A stretch of DNA of 64,000 bases, taken from assembly GCA_051294375.1 (NCBI GenBank), contig CM119268.1, forward strand, positions 169,437-233,436, written 5' to 3'. The notes below the pieces were generated by a model that searched no databases, was not told the DNA's origin, and was given only the letters and a program-made list of their open reading frames with translations. Shown here piece by piece: positions 1 to 11,568 of this stretch; the stretch's first letter is position 1; each line of letters begins with the position of its first letter. The position numbers and the translations under genes are program-made. Source of the DNA: Paraspadella gotoi. Its lineage: Eukaryota; Animalia; Chaetognatha.

Positions 1-1095
1 GGTGTGAAGGGGTCGTGATGAAGTTGAGAGAGGTGTTGAAGGGTCGTGGTGAAGGGAGAGGGGTGTTGAAGGGACGTGATGAAGTGAGAGAGGTGTTGAA
101 GAGGTCGGGTGAAGTGAAGGGGTGTTGAAGGGACGTGATGAAGAGTGAGAGAGGTGTTGAAGGGGTCGTGGTTTGAAGTGAGAGGGGTGTTGAAGGGGTC
201 GTGATGAATGAGAGGGGTGTTGAAGGGGTCGTGGTGAAGTGAGAGGGGTGTTGAAGGAGTCGTGTGAAAGTTAGAGGGGATGTTGAGGGGTCGTGGTGAA
301 GTGAGAGGGTGTTGAAGGGGTCGTGATGAAGTAAGAGGGGTGTTGAAGGGTCGTGGTGAAGTGAGAGGGGTGGTTGAAGGGGACGTGATGAGTGAGAGAG
401 GTGTTTGAAGGGGTCGTGGTGAAGTGAGAGGGGTGTTGAAGGGTCGTGTGAAGTGAGAGGGGTGTGAAGGGGTCGGGGTGAAAGAGAGGGGTTTTGAAGG
501 GGTCCTGTGAAGTGAGAGGGGTGTTGAAGGAGTCGTGGTGAAGTGAGAGAGGTGTTGAAGGGGTCGTGGTGAAGTGAGAGGGGTGTTGAAGGGGTCGTGG
601 TGAGTGAGAGGGGTGTTGAAGGGGACGTGATGAAGTGAGAGAGTGTTGAAGGGTTGTGGTGAAGTGAGAGGGGTGTTGAAGGGGACGTGATGAAGTGAGA
701 GAGGTGTTGAAAGGGGTCGTGGTGAAGTAGAGGGGTGTTGAAGGGACCTGATGAAGTGAGAGGGGTGTGAAGGGGACGTGATGAAGTGAGAGGGGTGTTG
801 AAGGGGTCGTGGTGAATGAGAGGGTGTTGAAGGGGACGTGATTGAAGTGAGAGAGGTGTTGAAGGGGTCGTGATGAAGTAAGAGGGGTGTTGAAGGGGTC
901 GTGGTGAAAGTGAGAGGGTGTTGAAGGGGACGTGATGAAGTGAGAGGGGTGTTGAAGGGGACGTGATGAAGTGAGAGGGGTGTGAAGGGGTCGTGATGAA
1001 GTAAGAGGGGTGTTGAAGGGGTCGTGGTGAAGTGAGAGGGGTGTTGAAGGGGACGTGATGAAGTGAGAGAGGTGTTGAAGGGTCCTGGTGAGTGA
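1..1095. repeat. 31-bp G-rich tandem minisatellite (about 35 copies, runs off window start)
   Basis: Unit GTGATGAAGTGAGAGGGGTGTTGAAGGGG(A/T)C; successive units start at 932 and 963. The 280-aa minus ORF is just its translation. Confidence 0.95.
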
Positions 1096-1174
1096 GAGGA
1101 AAGTCAGAGTCACCAGAGGTAAATTTATGCGACTGAAGAATGTGTGATTGAACGCTTAAAAGATTTAGAAGTGA

Positions 1175-1192
1175 CTCTCTCTCTTTCTCTCT

Positions 1193-1263
<71 letters not shown>

Positions 1264-1490
1264 GCTTTCTCTGTCTCGCTTTCCTCTCTCTCTCTCTCTC
1301 TCTCTCTTTCCTTCTTCTCCAAATAGAGAGAGAGGGTGACAAAGATTTGTGAAAGAAAAGCCAAAAAAAATAGAAAATCCCTATTTATTTCTCCAAAAAC
1401 GATGACGACGATGATGATGACGACGACGAAAATGACGATGACGACGACGATGACGATGTGACGACGACGATGACGACGGTGACGACGATA
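1175..1490. repeat. (CT)n tract followed by (GAC/GAT)n microsatellite
   Basis: Directly visible. Similar (GA/CT)n tracts recur through the window (e.g. 2358, 6495, 7680, 8180, 43380, 43880, 45360, 53400, 61288). Confidence 0.95.
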
Positions 1491-2355
1491 AATAATGAAC
1501 GATGACTACGAAGACAACATGAATAGGCCATTCAGTTTTAATTTTTCATTTACAATTGTTTTTAATTGTTATTGAAATTTTACACTTTACATTCAGAACT
1601 TTTATTAAATGCCTTGATCTTTTTTTTTTCAAAGTTTTAAAATACTAAATAAAAATAATAAAAATAAGAACGGCGATACTAATAAGTCTTGCGCCGCATG
1701 ACTTTCTCATAACGATGTTTGTTCGACGCGCACTGCATCGAATTTGTTTTTTATTCTTATTTTTAAAAAGGAGAGGTGGCGCTAGAAGTCGCTTAGATTC
1801 ACGCTTCAGCAAAAATAACAAAGAAAAACTAAGTTAAACTTGTGTTGAATTTTTTATCATGTTATCATTTCTTGTCACTCACAGTATGATATATATGCAT
1901 GTTAAGGACTACATTTTATGCCAAATATGAATTTAAAAAAAACTTAAAAACTTAGATACAGTTCCAGTTTTTTTACATTGTTTTGATGCCATTACTGTTT
2001 TAGTATTCAATTGTGTTAATATCGGTTTTGTTATTAATATAAAAAAATATGAACTTACTTTGAAGTTTTTTAATGTAAGTGGGTCAGACCAACTGACCAA
2101 AAAGTGACTTTTTAGATTGATCCGCGAATACTCTCGGTTACTAACAAGCATTAGCTAAAATATTATATAGAAGGACGTTGAAATACAGGCGGAGATAACA
2201 GCGACGACAACGACGACGACGATGATGACGACAACTTTTCAATGCTCAGAAACATCGATCGAAGATTATTCAGGTCATAAAGTGAACGCTAACAAGTGAT
2301 TTTGAGAGAGGCTGATCCTCGAAAAAAGGGGTTCTATTAAAAGAAAAAAAAGAAC

Positions 2356-2415
<60 letters not shown>

Positions 2416-2875
2416 AAAGGAGCAATAGAGAGAGTATAAGACGAGGATCAATTCAGTAATTCAGTATAAAAACAAGAAATAAATAAATAAATAATTAATG
2501 ATTTAATATGTTTGTTGATTGTACATAATTTTTACTCTGGAAGGGAGAGGAGGAAAAAGGAGAGGAAGAGGAGGAGGAAAAGAGGAGTAGGAGAGGAAGA
2601 GGAGGAGGCCACCTCTTTTCTGAGAAAAATTGAGAAAGAAAACGGGCTACTTTGTTTTATTGGTCGAAGATTTAAAGGGGAGAGAAAAGTGAAGGAAAGG
2701 GAGAAAAGGAGATAAATAAAGAAAAGAGAAAAGATAGATGATAAAGAAGATAAAAAAAATATTAAAACATTAGATGATGGAAAAATGAATTACAAGGATA
2801 AAAGTTTTTTAGGTAAAAGTTAACTAGCAAATTCAGATCTATTTATTTTGATAATGCTTTATAATAAAATTTTAA

Positions 2876-3146
2876 AACAAGAACGGTAATTCAAATGCCG
2901 TTAACATGACTACAATGACTTCTTAGTCCATGAATTTATGACATGAACTTCATCAGAATGACGTATTTTGTTTTTCTAGTTTTAGGATTTCCTAAAGGCG
3001 GCGCTAGTAGTCACTTAAATTAAATCGTACACCAACTATAATCAAGTTATGAGACAGACAGACATACAGACGGACCGACAGACCGAGCGACCGAAAAGTG
3101 ATTATAGAGAGTTGCTCCGCGAGTTACTCACGGCGCAACTAAAAAA
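2876..3146 (-). mobile_element. Non-autonomous Helentron/DINE-1-like (HINE) element
   Basis: Minus strand reads T-run, hairpin (AGTTGC...GCAACT, 3110-3140), CTCTATAAT, then a (GTCT/GTCC)n microsatellite. The other end is AACAAGAACGG. A related partial copy at 1663-1800 shares AAGAACGG and GGCGCTAG(A/T)AGTC(G/A)CTTA. Confidence 0.6.
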
Positions 3147-5863
3147 GCGCCTTTTTTCAAAATCTATCTATTTGATATGTAGCTTTTTGTTCAAACTCTG
3201 TTGACATCGCCCGGTCAAAAGAATTGATGAGTAATTTTTATTTATATTTATTAATATGAGATTAAAAAAATATTTAAAGTAATTTTTTAATTGATTAGTG
3301 GTGTTATTAGAAATTAAAAATAAGGAAATAGGAAAAAACGCTTAATAGAAATTAAACATGTAAAAGTAAAATCACAGAAGGAATAATCAAAAAAATAAAC
3401 AAGATCCATCTGCAAATGTTGTGAATTGATCGTCAATGAGTGAAGAATAATTAATCACATTGTGATATTGATCATTTCTAAAAGAATACAGCTTTTCACG
3501 ACAATGGTCGATAGCCCCTTTTTGCAAAGTGACATCTTACAACTCCGAGCAGATAGTAAACGTCCGCCAATAAATTGTATCAGTTCTTGAATATCAAAAA
3601 TCTTTCCTGCTTGCTTTCGTTATCTCCGAGGTTTTTTAATAAAATATAACAAATATAAAATAAACTATAAACAAAAGCCAAATTATATTTTCGAAAAAAC
3701 TCCGCTTTTTGGGATTTTCTTTTGATACAAAATAAGGATTAAAAATTTGGTAGAAAAAGATGCGCAATGAAAAAGAAAAAAAACCTCGTTTAAAATGTAA
3801 TAACCGTAAAAATTTTTTATTGTTTCTCTGATGATATAGATTTAAACTGGACATCATAAGGGTTAGTCATACCACACAAATTCTTGGCTTTTTTTTAAAT
3901 CTCTTTTTACTTCGGACCTCGAATAATATCAAAGTTATCGCTGGTAAAAATAGAGAAAAATAAGAAAAAATGAATGCTACTATAATCAGTTTTCGTTGGT
4001 GAAATCTTTTTAGAATAAAATTTTGTTGGAATAACAAAAGGATCATTAACAATCCTAATGGAAAAAAAACCTGGGATAATAATTTATTTAATGGTTAGAT
4101 TTTTGTACATTAAGCACACCATTGTTGTGAAAAAGGCAATAGATTCAAAACACAATATATAATGAGTAGATTCTTTGTAAAAAAATCAATAATAAGAAAG
4201 ATCGAACAAATTTAAAATTAATTCAAATCCGTGGAGAAAAAATTTGTCTGTCCTTGCGTATAAAATAAAGCGCTATTTCCAAAATTAACAACATATTATG
4301 ACCCCTTATATTTTCCACTGAGAATAATCAATATTTTTCCTGTTTTGAATTGTTAAAAAGAAATCAGTAATGCTTTGTGCCCAAGTATCCACTCGCCCGG
4401 GAAAATCTGGCCTTATATTTGAAGTAAAAAATTGTTTTCGTGTGTTTACGAAACTGAGTCTTAAATTGAAAAAAGACATAAAAGGCAGAATTTTATTTTC
4501 TCTGATCAGCAACGCCAAATCTTAAGCTGAAACTATAATAATCTTAGCCAGTTATCATGATTTTCATACGTGAGGCTAACAGCTAAAATAAAAAAATGTA
4601 TAAAATCATAATCAAATTTTGTACCCAATCGTTTTTAAGGACTTGAATGTTCTTTATATCAGATAATTTTGACATTGCCACATTGATATTAAAATAACTT
4701 AAGTTGAGTTACTGTAAAAACTCTTAATATTAAAAATGGACATACAAACTGCAAACCAAAAGAAATTTTTCACACATTTGAATAAATAAAAATACCAATC
4801 CTAAAGATAGACCCACAGTTTCTGAACACAACTCGATACAAAGCCAAAGGGCTTCTAATTTCCCGGACAAGTACCTAACCGAAGTTAGAAGAAGCAATTG
4901 CCACAGATATTGTGATACAGCAGCAGAAAATAGAGTAAATATTCTTTAAACTCGCCAAGTGCAGACATATTCTACTCCCCGGCTGAAACAAAGAAGACTT
5001 TTTGGCACCAAACACTTTAAATTTTGCCTTGTAATTGTATTATTACCAAGACGGTAATACAAAATTCCGTTTACACTCTCACTATCGTTAAATACTTGAA
5101 GAAAATTTGTAAACATTGTTCGTCGTTTTCAAATGTCATAATATAAACAGAGACTGCAAGTTTGGCAAAGCATCTGTAAAAAAGATTCTAAAATGACATG
5201 TGTGTAATTCAAAACAAAGAGATAGTTTTCTTTTGAACTTTAATCGGTTCAAGCTTTTGACTTTTTTTTAGTCAGTTTAAATCCATTGATATTGGAATGA
5301 ACCAAGGCCACTAATAAAACAGAAAACAGTTAAACTTTTTTTCACTTTAGTTTCCAATTTCAGGAAAATAGTTTCCATGTTGTTTCAAAATGTACAAACC
5401 AAAAAATGCAGAGACAAGATTATGAAACATTATTATAAATAGGGAGGCCAGGCCGAAATTTCTTATTCTGTTGAACTTGAGATGTTAAATTATCAACATA
5501 GTTTTAAATCAGTTGCCACATCAACTATTCCAAGAATTGTAGTTATCACTAATTCAATCTTTTTCAAATTGATAACATTTTTTCTCAGTTTTATGAAATA
5601 TCGAATTTGACGATAAACTTATTTGGTTGCAGACTAAATCTACATATACGAGTAATATAGAATTATCTTGCCTTCTAATTATGAATTTTAAATTCAGTGC
5701 GATGAGATGCAAGACTTGCTGCACGTGGGTTAAGATATTTCCTGAAAAGAAAAAAAAACAACAAATCGATTTAAAAGAACAAGTAAAATTACATTATTAT
5801 ATTGATAAAATTTTGATCCTAAATAATTTTTAATAATATTTTATCAATACATCATCAATACAC

Positions 5864-5908
5864 GAGTCTCTTTGGAGTGTGGGTGTTCGAATCTTACCGC
5901 TGTCACCA
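5864..5908 (+). pseudogene. 3' half of a tRNA-Leu-like sequence with encoded CCA (tRNA retrocopy, SINE head or extended PBS)
   Basis: GAGTCTCTTTGGAGTGTGGGTGTTCGAATCTTACCGCTGTCACCA resembles the variable arm, T arm and acceptor strand of metazoan tRNA-Leu (CAGTCTCTTCGGAGGCGTGGGTTCGAATCCCACCGCTGCCA) plus CCA. No 5' half is present. Confidence 0.65.
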
Positions 5909-6504
5909 CATTTAGGAAAGACTCATGGATTTTTAGGTTGAAATCATACGATTTTATTCTGAGGGATAAACGGTGACGGCGAGACGCGCGCAGGAGTCTT
6001 GATCAATGCTACTGAAACTAGAACAAGCTAAGTCTATTTATAAACTAGGAAGAGATCGGCGACGTGGTAAAAATTACAGTTCCAATGATTCTGCCAAGCT
6101 GATTGGTCGATTGCGGCGTTCCATGCTTGACCAATCAGGATTCAGCCGATTCCAATTTCCGCGGAGATCGATTTGCTTTAGGTGACTTGACACTCCTGCG
6201 ATGACATAGGAACCAGATATGAAATCTCGATTGCGAAAATGTGGTGAATGAAAAAAACTGGCGACGCGTCAAATATATAAAAGATAAAGACGAATATTTC
6301 TCGACTGATAGAGATAAATGTCATTGATATCATGATGTCATGATGTCCTAGATATTTCGGTCTCCATTTTAATGTCAGAAGAAAAAAGTTTCAGATCTGA
6401 TGTCAAATGTCAATTGTGACATTTTACAGTCTCTACCGCCAAAAAATCGACCGGATATGTATCGCACATTATCCACGAGTAACTACAGTGACATGTCTCT
6501 CTCT

Positions 6505-6544
<40 letters not shown>

Positions 6545-7674
6545 CTCCTCTCTCTCGTCTCTCTCTCTCTTGTGCTCGTGTGAAAATTGTTACTCACGCT
6601 ATTGTTAAAACGTCATCTTTTTTATTTATTTTCTAAATGAAAATAAAAAAAAAATGGTTGGCGAAAAAAAAAATGACGACCAGAATCAAAAACCAAATAA
6701 CAGAAAAGTGATTTTTGGATGCCAAAAAGATTTTCTTTCTTTTTTTTCTCATTTTTTTTTTTACTGGAATCAATTTCAATTTTTATTATTTTTTATCGAG
6801 CGAAAAAAATTAGCCTTTTTTTAATTAATTTTCAGGAGGTAGAGGGAGATGAAAAACTAGCACTATTTTCTGAAATCGCCTAATTTTTATCCTAATCCCT
6901 AAACTTAATTTAAGCTTGATATTTAACTAACCAAATCCTAAACACTAAACCATAAACTCTCCTCCTAATCCTAATCTAATTATTAAATTTAATCTCAAAC
7001 CCTATTCCTTCGCAAAACCCCTCAACCCTTAAATCAAATCACAAACTAATTTTTTTATAATTTAAATGAAATGAGGAAGTTTCCGGAATATAGGACCGAA
7101 AAGGGCAGTAAGGAGGGGAAAATTAGGAAGAGGAGGAGGAAGAGGAATGGTTCTGAATGGAGGAAGCGAGAAAGTGAATCGTGAAAAATCTAGTAAAACT
7201 TTATGAATTTTAACATAATAAATATTAATAAATATTTATAGTTATTTATGTAGGAATTTTTTAAAATATAATTTAAAACATAATTATTTATTGATTATTA
7301 TTTATTTTAATTATTTTATGTATGAATTTCAGCCAAAATTTTGTTGGGAAAAAAAAAACAAAAAGGCGAAAAGATCGTCTTCTGTCGTTTTCTCTTAGAA
7401 CGAAACATTTTTGTTGAACGTAACAACGACCGATGACGACGACGACAACGACTGCCACTAAATACGATAACATTGAACATTATCTAAGAGAAAGAGAGAG
7501 AGAGAGGGAGATAGGGGAGGAGGAGGAAATAACATTGAACATTAATCCAAGTGGAGCTTTAAAAGTGACTTAGATAACTCAGATGTGTTTTTAAGTTACT
7601 GAAAAAGGTTTAAACTAATTGAAACTTTTGTGTTTAGTATTCGGTTTGAGCTATTGAGGCTCGGTGTGGACGAA

Positions 7675-7728
<54 letters not shown>

Positions 7729-8190
7729 CTTTTTTTTTCTGTGTCTACTTTTTGGGTGATCTTGAAAAAAAAATGGAAAGATTTTATGAAGAACGAAAGT
7801 CGAAAAAGAATCTTTGGTCTGAATGAATCAAGATTTTCGTCTTTTGTTAGATACAAAAAGAGGAGGGCAATAGACAGACAGATTGACTGAAAGGCAGACA
7901 GACAGATAGACAAAGAACAAAAACTGTCTTGTTGAAGAATGAAATAAAAAAATAAAGAAAGAAATAAAAAAAGAAAGAAAGAAAAATTAGTCAATTAACA
8001 AAATAAATGAAATGAATATTTGTCAGAAAGAAAAAAGATATACACAATATACTAGAGAAAGAAAAAAATAATAAAATAGAATAGTTTATTTCTATTTTTT
8101 GGGATTGTTGATTGCATTAACATTGAAAAAGGAAGAAAAAAAAGCGAAAAATAAGAATTCTAAACAAAAAAAGAACGGGTGAGAGAGAGA

Positions 8191-8223
<33 letters not shown>

Positions 8224-8432
8224 GAGAGAGATTGGCTTACTGACAATCAAGACAACGTTTGACATTTTTTTAGGAAATTAATAAAAAAAATAATTAAAAT
8301 TAAACAAACAAGTTTTTATTTAATTTGTCAAAAATCATTTTACTTTTTCATTCCATTAACGCGTCGCAAAATAACCCAACATTATGTATACACGTATGCC
8401 ACGAAATATTGATTTAAGAGGCTCTAAAAATG

Positions 8433-8484
<52 letters not shown>

Positions 8485-8509
8485 TAAGAATCCTTTTAAC
8501 ATTCCAGTC

Positions 8510-8660
8510 TTTTTATCGAGCCATGACCGGCGAAGCCGGTTCAGGCTCTATAATGTTTTAGATTTGCTTCTTTGTGACGTCGTCGTCGTCGGCGGCGTCG
8601 TCGTCGCGGCTTCGTCGGCGTCGTCGTCGTCGTCGTCGTCGTCGGCGTCGGCGTCACGCT
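8510..8660 (+). mobile_element. HINE/DINE-1-like element end
   Basis: TTTTTATC, then hairpin GAGCC-ATGA-CCGGC-GAA-GCCGG-TTCA-GGCTC (8518-8548) running into CTCTATAAT, then (GTC)n at 8577-8655. Same layout as 2876-3146. Confidence 0.6.
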
Positions 8661-10211
8661 ATTTTATATAAAAACTACTACGCTTTTTATAGGTTTGGTT
8701 GGGACTTACCGTTTTTTTTTAAATAAAAATTATTATGAATTATGATAAAGTTTTACAAAAGTGTGCGATCATAGTAAGTTAAAAATTTAGATATGGCTTC
8801 TCATCTTGAAATAGCTTTGATATTTTCGATTTAAGTATTTTTTGTTTGAATTTCCACTTCATTATAATTTACTGCAGTATGCAAATGAGATTATAGTACT
8901 CATTATATATCCAAATTAGTATATAGGAAATGCTTTAATCTAATTTACATATTGCAGTATATAATATTGAAGATGAAATTCAAAAATTTTTTTAAATCTA
9001 TAATAAAAATGGGAACACAAAAATAACTTTTTAATGAGAAGCTATATCTCTAATTTAATACAAATAAAAATAAGAATCTTTTACAAGCTGCGATTGGAAA
9101 AAATTAGAAAAATTTCAATTGTAAACAATTGTAGACATATTTTTGTTATTTCTAATACGATTTTTTACTTATATGGTATTTACGTTACTTTTTTGTTGAA
9201 TAATAGTTATTACTTTTCGTTTAGTTTTTTACATGTACTTTTGATTCAATCTGTTTGGTATTAAAAAAAAATTTTTCAGTTGCTGCTTTTTCTGAACCCT
9301 TAAAAAACAACGTTCAGGTTTCTGCAAGTGATGTGTCACGCTGCCTCCATCTGTTTCTTTCTGTCTCTTTTCTTTTTCTGTACTCTCTCTCGTCTATCTC
9401 TGTCTTCTGTCTCTCTCTCTCTGTACGATCGTTCGTATTTTTGGAAAAATTCTTATATTTTTTTTTCCTTCTAAAAACTTTATTATCGCCATTTTTTTTC
9501 TCAATACACAAATCCCAAATTTACATCCGAGATTTCGTGGATTCATTTAAAAAAAAGGGAAGAATAACTTATAATGAAGGCAATGTCACATGTACATCAA
9601 CTTGTATGACAGGTAGGCGATAGCTGCTATATATCCGGCAATTGCGCAGATTAATATAAATAATATATAATATAAAAATATATCAATCTAAAAATTTCAT
9701 TCAAGATTAAAAATTTTTTAAGATGAGGAAATAAAGAATTTATTTTGAATAACGTAAAAAAAATATTTGGAAGTCAAAAATATCATAGTCGTTAACTGAT
9801 TATTGTCAACTATATATTTGTTAATAGAGATTATAATTTTTGGACGTTCTTATTGAAAATAGTTTAGCTTTATAGCAACGAGTTTTCCATTTCATACAAT
9901 CAATATCAATCTCATTCATTTTCAATAATATGCAAAAAAAAATAAGGTTTTCAACCTCATTTTGAACTAGATGAACAAAAGACTTCAAGTCTTATTTCAA
10001 TTGAAAAAAAAAATAGAAAGTGTAATTGATGTCTTAATCACACAATAAAACAATTTTATTTTTATGCACGCCACTTTTTTCTTAATACAAAATCCCAAAT
10101 TTATTTCCGAGATTTTCGTGGATTTTTATTTTTTTCCTTCTAAAAACTTTATTATTATCTTATTATTCTCTCTCTCTCATCTCTCTCTCTCTCTCTCTCT
10201 CTCTCTAATAA

Positions 10212-10478
10212 CTCATCGCGTCAATGAATGACTAGCATCGCATCAAAATAACTATTATAGCATCAATGAATGACTATCATCGCATCAATGAATGATTTCA
10301 TCCGATCAATGAAGTACTATCATCACATCAATGAATGATTATCATCGGCATCAATGAATGATTATCATCGCACCATCATTTGGTTATCATCGCATCAATC
10401 CTTGGTTATCATCGTATCAATATTTGTTATCATCGCATCAATATTTGGTTATCATCGCATCAATATTTGGTTATCATC
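10212..10478. repeat. 22-bp minisatellite with two subtypes
   Basis: CATCGCATCAATGAATGA(C/T)TAT units switch to CATCGCATCAATATTTGGTTAT units at about 10375. Confidence 0.9.
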
Positions 10479-10609
10479 TAAAGCAGGCTCGATCCTATTG
10501 CTTTAGATTTTTAACCTTTAAGATTACATTTGTCCATGGGTTTGAAAATCTGACCGCTCTGTCTTATTAAAACAGATTGAGTGTTAATTAGAGCAGGCCT
10601 CTCTCTCTT

Positions 10610-10655
<46 letters not shown>

Positions 10656-11432
10656 AAGTTAACAAGTGACGACGACGAACAAAAAATAATCCAGTTTCCT
10701 TTTTTCCTCGATTCAGTTTTAGTTTTGGACGAAAATCGAATTGAACCTTTTACCTTTTTTTCTTGAATTTTAATATTTGCTTATAACCGATTTTCAACTC
10801 AAGTTATTATTAGCATTTGAAAGATACGAGTATCATTTTTTTACCTTTGCTTACCTATACATTTACGGTATATTTCATTTTTGTTGCGAAATATTTTTAT
10901 GAAAATTAATGGCATCGAAAAATATTGGTCTAAATTTTCATCTAAGTATTTGTACAATAATAAATTATAATATTTCTTTGATCCCATTATCATTGATATA
11001 CATTACCAATGTTTTTTAATATTTTATATTTCTCATCTCTCTACTTAGTGCTACTTTATAAAACTTTGTTGATTAATTTCTTGTTTATAACTGTATTCTG
11101 TTAGCCTTGTCGTTAATTTAGTGTAATATATCAGTGAAATAATTTCATAATTTCAGAAGGTTCGTTGAAACTATTTAAAACAATTATTTAAAAATCCCTT
11201 ATACTTTTTATCTAATTCATCTAATTTATCAAATTTCATTTTTTTAAAAATTTTCTCAACGTTTGTTACTAATTCAATCTAATTCAACGTGGAAATGAAA
11301 TTCCTAATTCTTAATGCTTAATGCTTAACAAAAGAGAAGATCTCACAAAAAACTTAACTCAATTTCATAAAGAAGCGAATTCGATCAAAGCCTCTTCTTA
11401 GCCATCATAACAACAACAAAACAACAACAACA

Positions 11433-11568
11433 ATGCTCGATCTTCTTCTTCCATTTCGCCTCGTTTTCTTCCCTTTCCTCTTCCTTCTCCGCTTCGTTCA
11501 TCCCAGCCTTCTCCTCTTCCTCGAAATCATCTTCTCTCCCTACAGGGGCTTTAAAGAAGAAGGATTTG
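11433..11568 (+). CDS. Candidate sulfotransferase exon 1 (hydrophobic N-terminus)
   Basis: ATG 11433, MLDLLLPFRLVFFPFLFLLRFVHPSLLLFLEIIFSPYRGFKEEGF, donor GTGAGC at 11569. Alternatively a 23-nt micro-exon 11546-11568 after CCCTACAG. Confidence 0.45.

Noticed and set aside
271-1113. 280-aa Thr/Pro/Ser/His-rich mucin-like ORF
   Set aside because: Translation of a 31-bp repeat (not a multiple of 3) with indels; no start context.
4840-4960. Minus-strand LKNIYSIFCCCITISVAIASS resembling the hAT dimerisation motif
   Set aside because: The diagnostic ERSFS is missing and no other transposase motifs were found; too weak to call.
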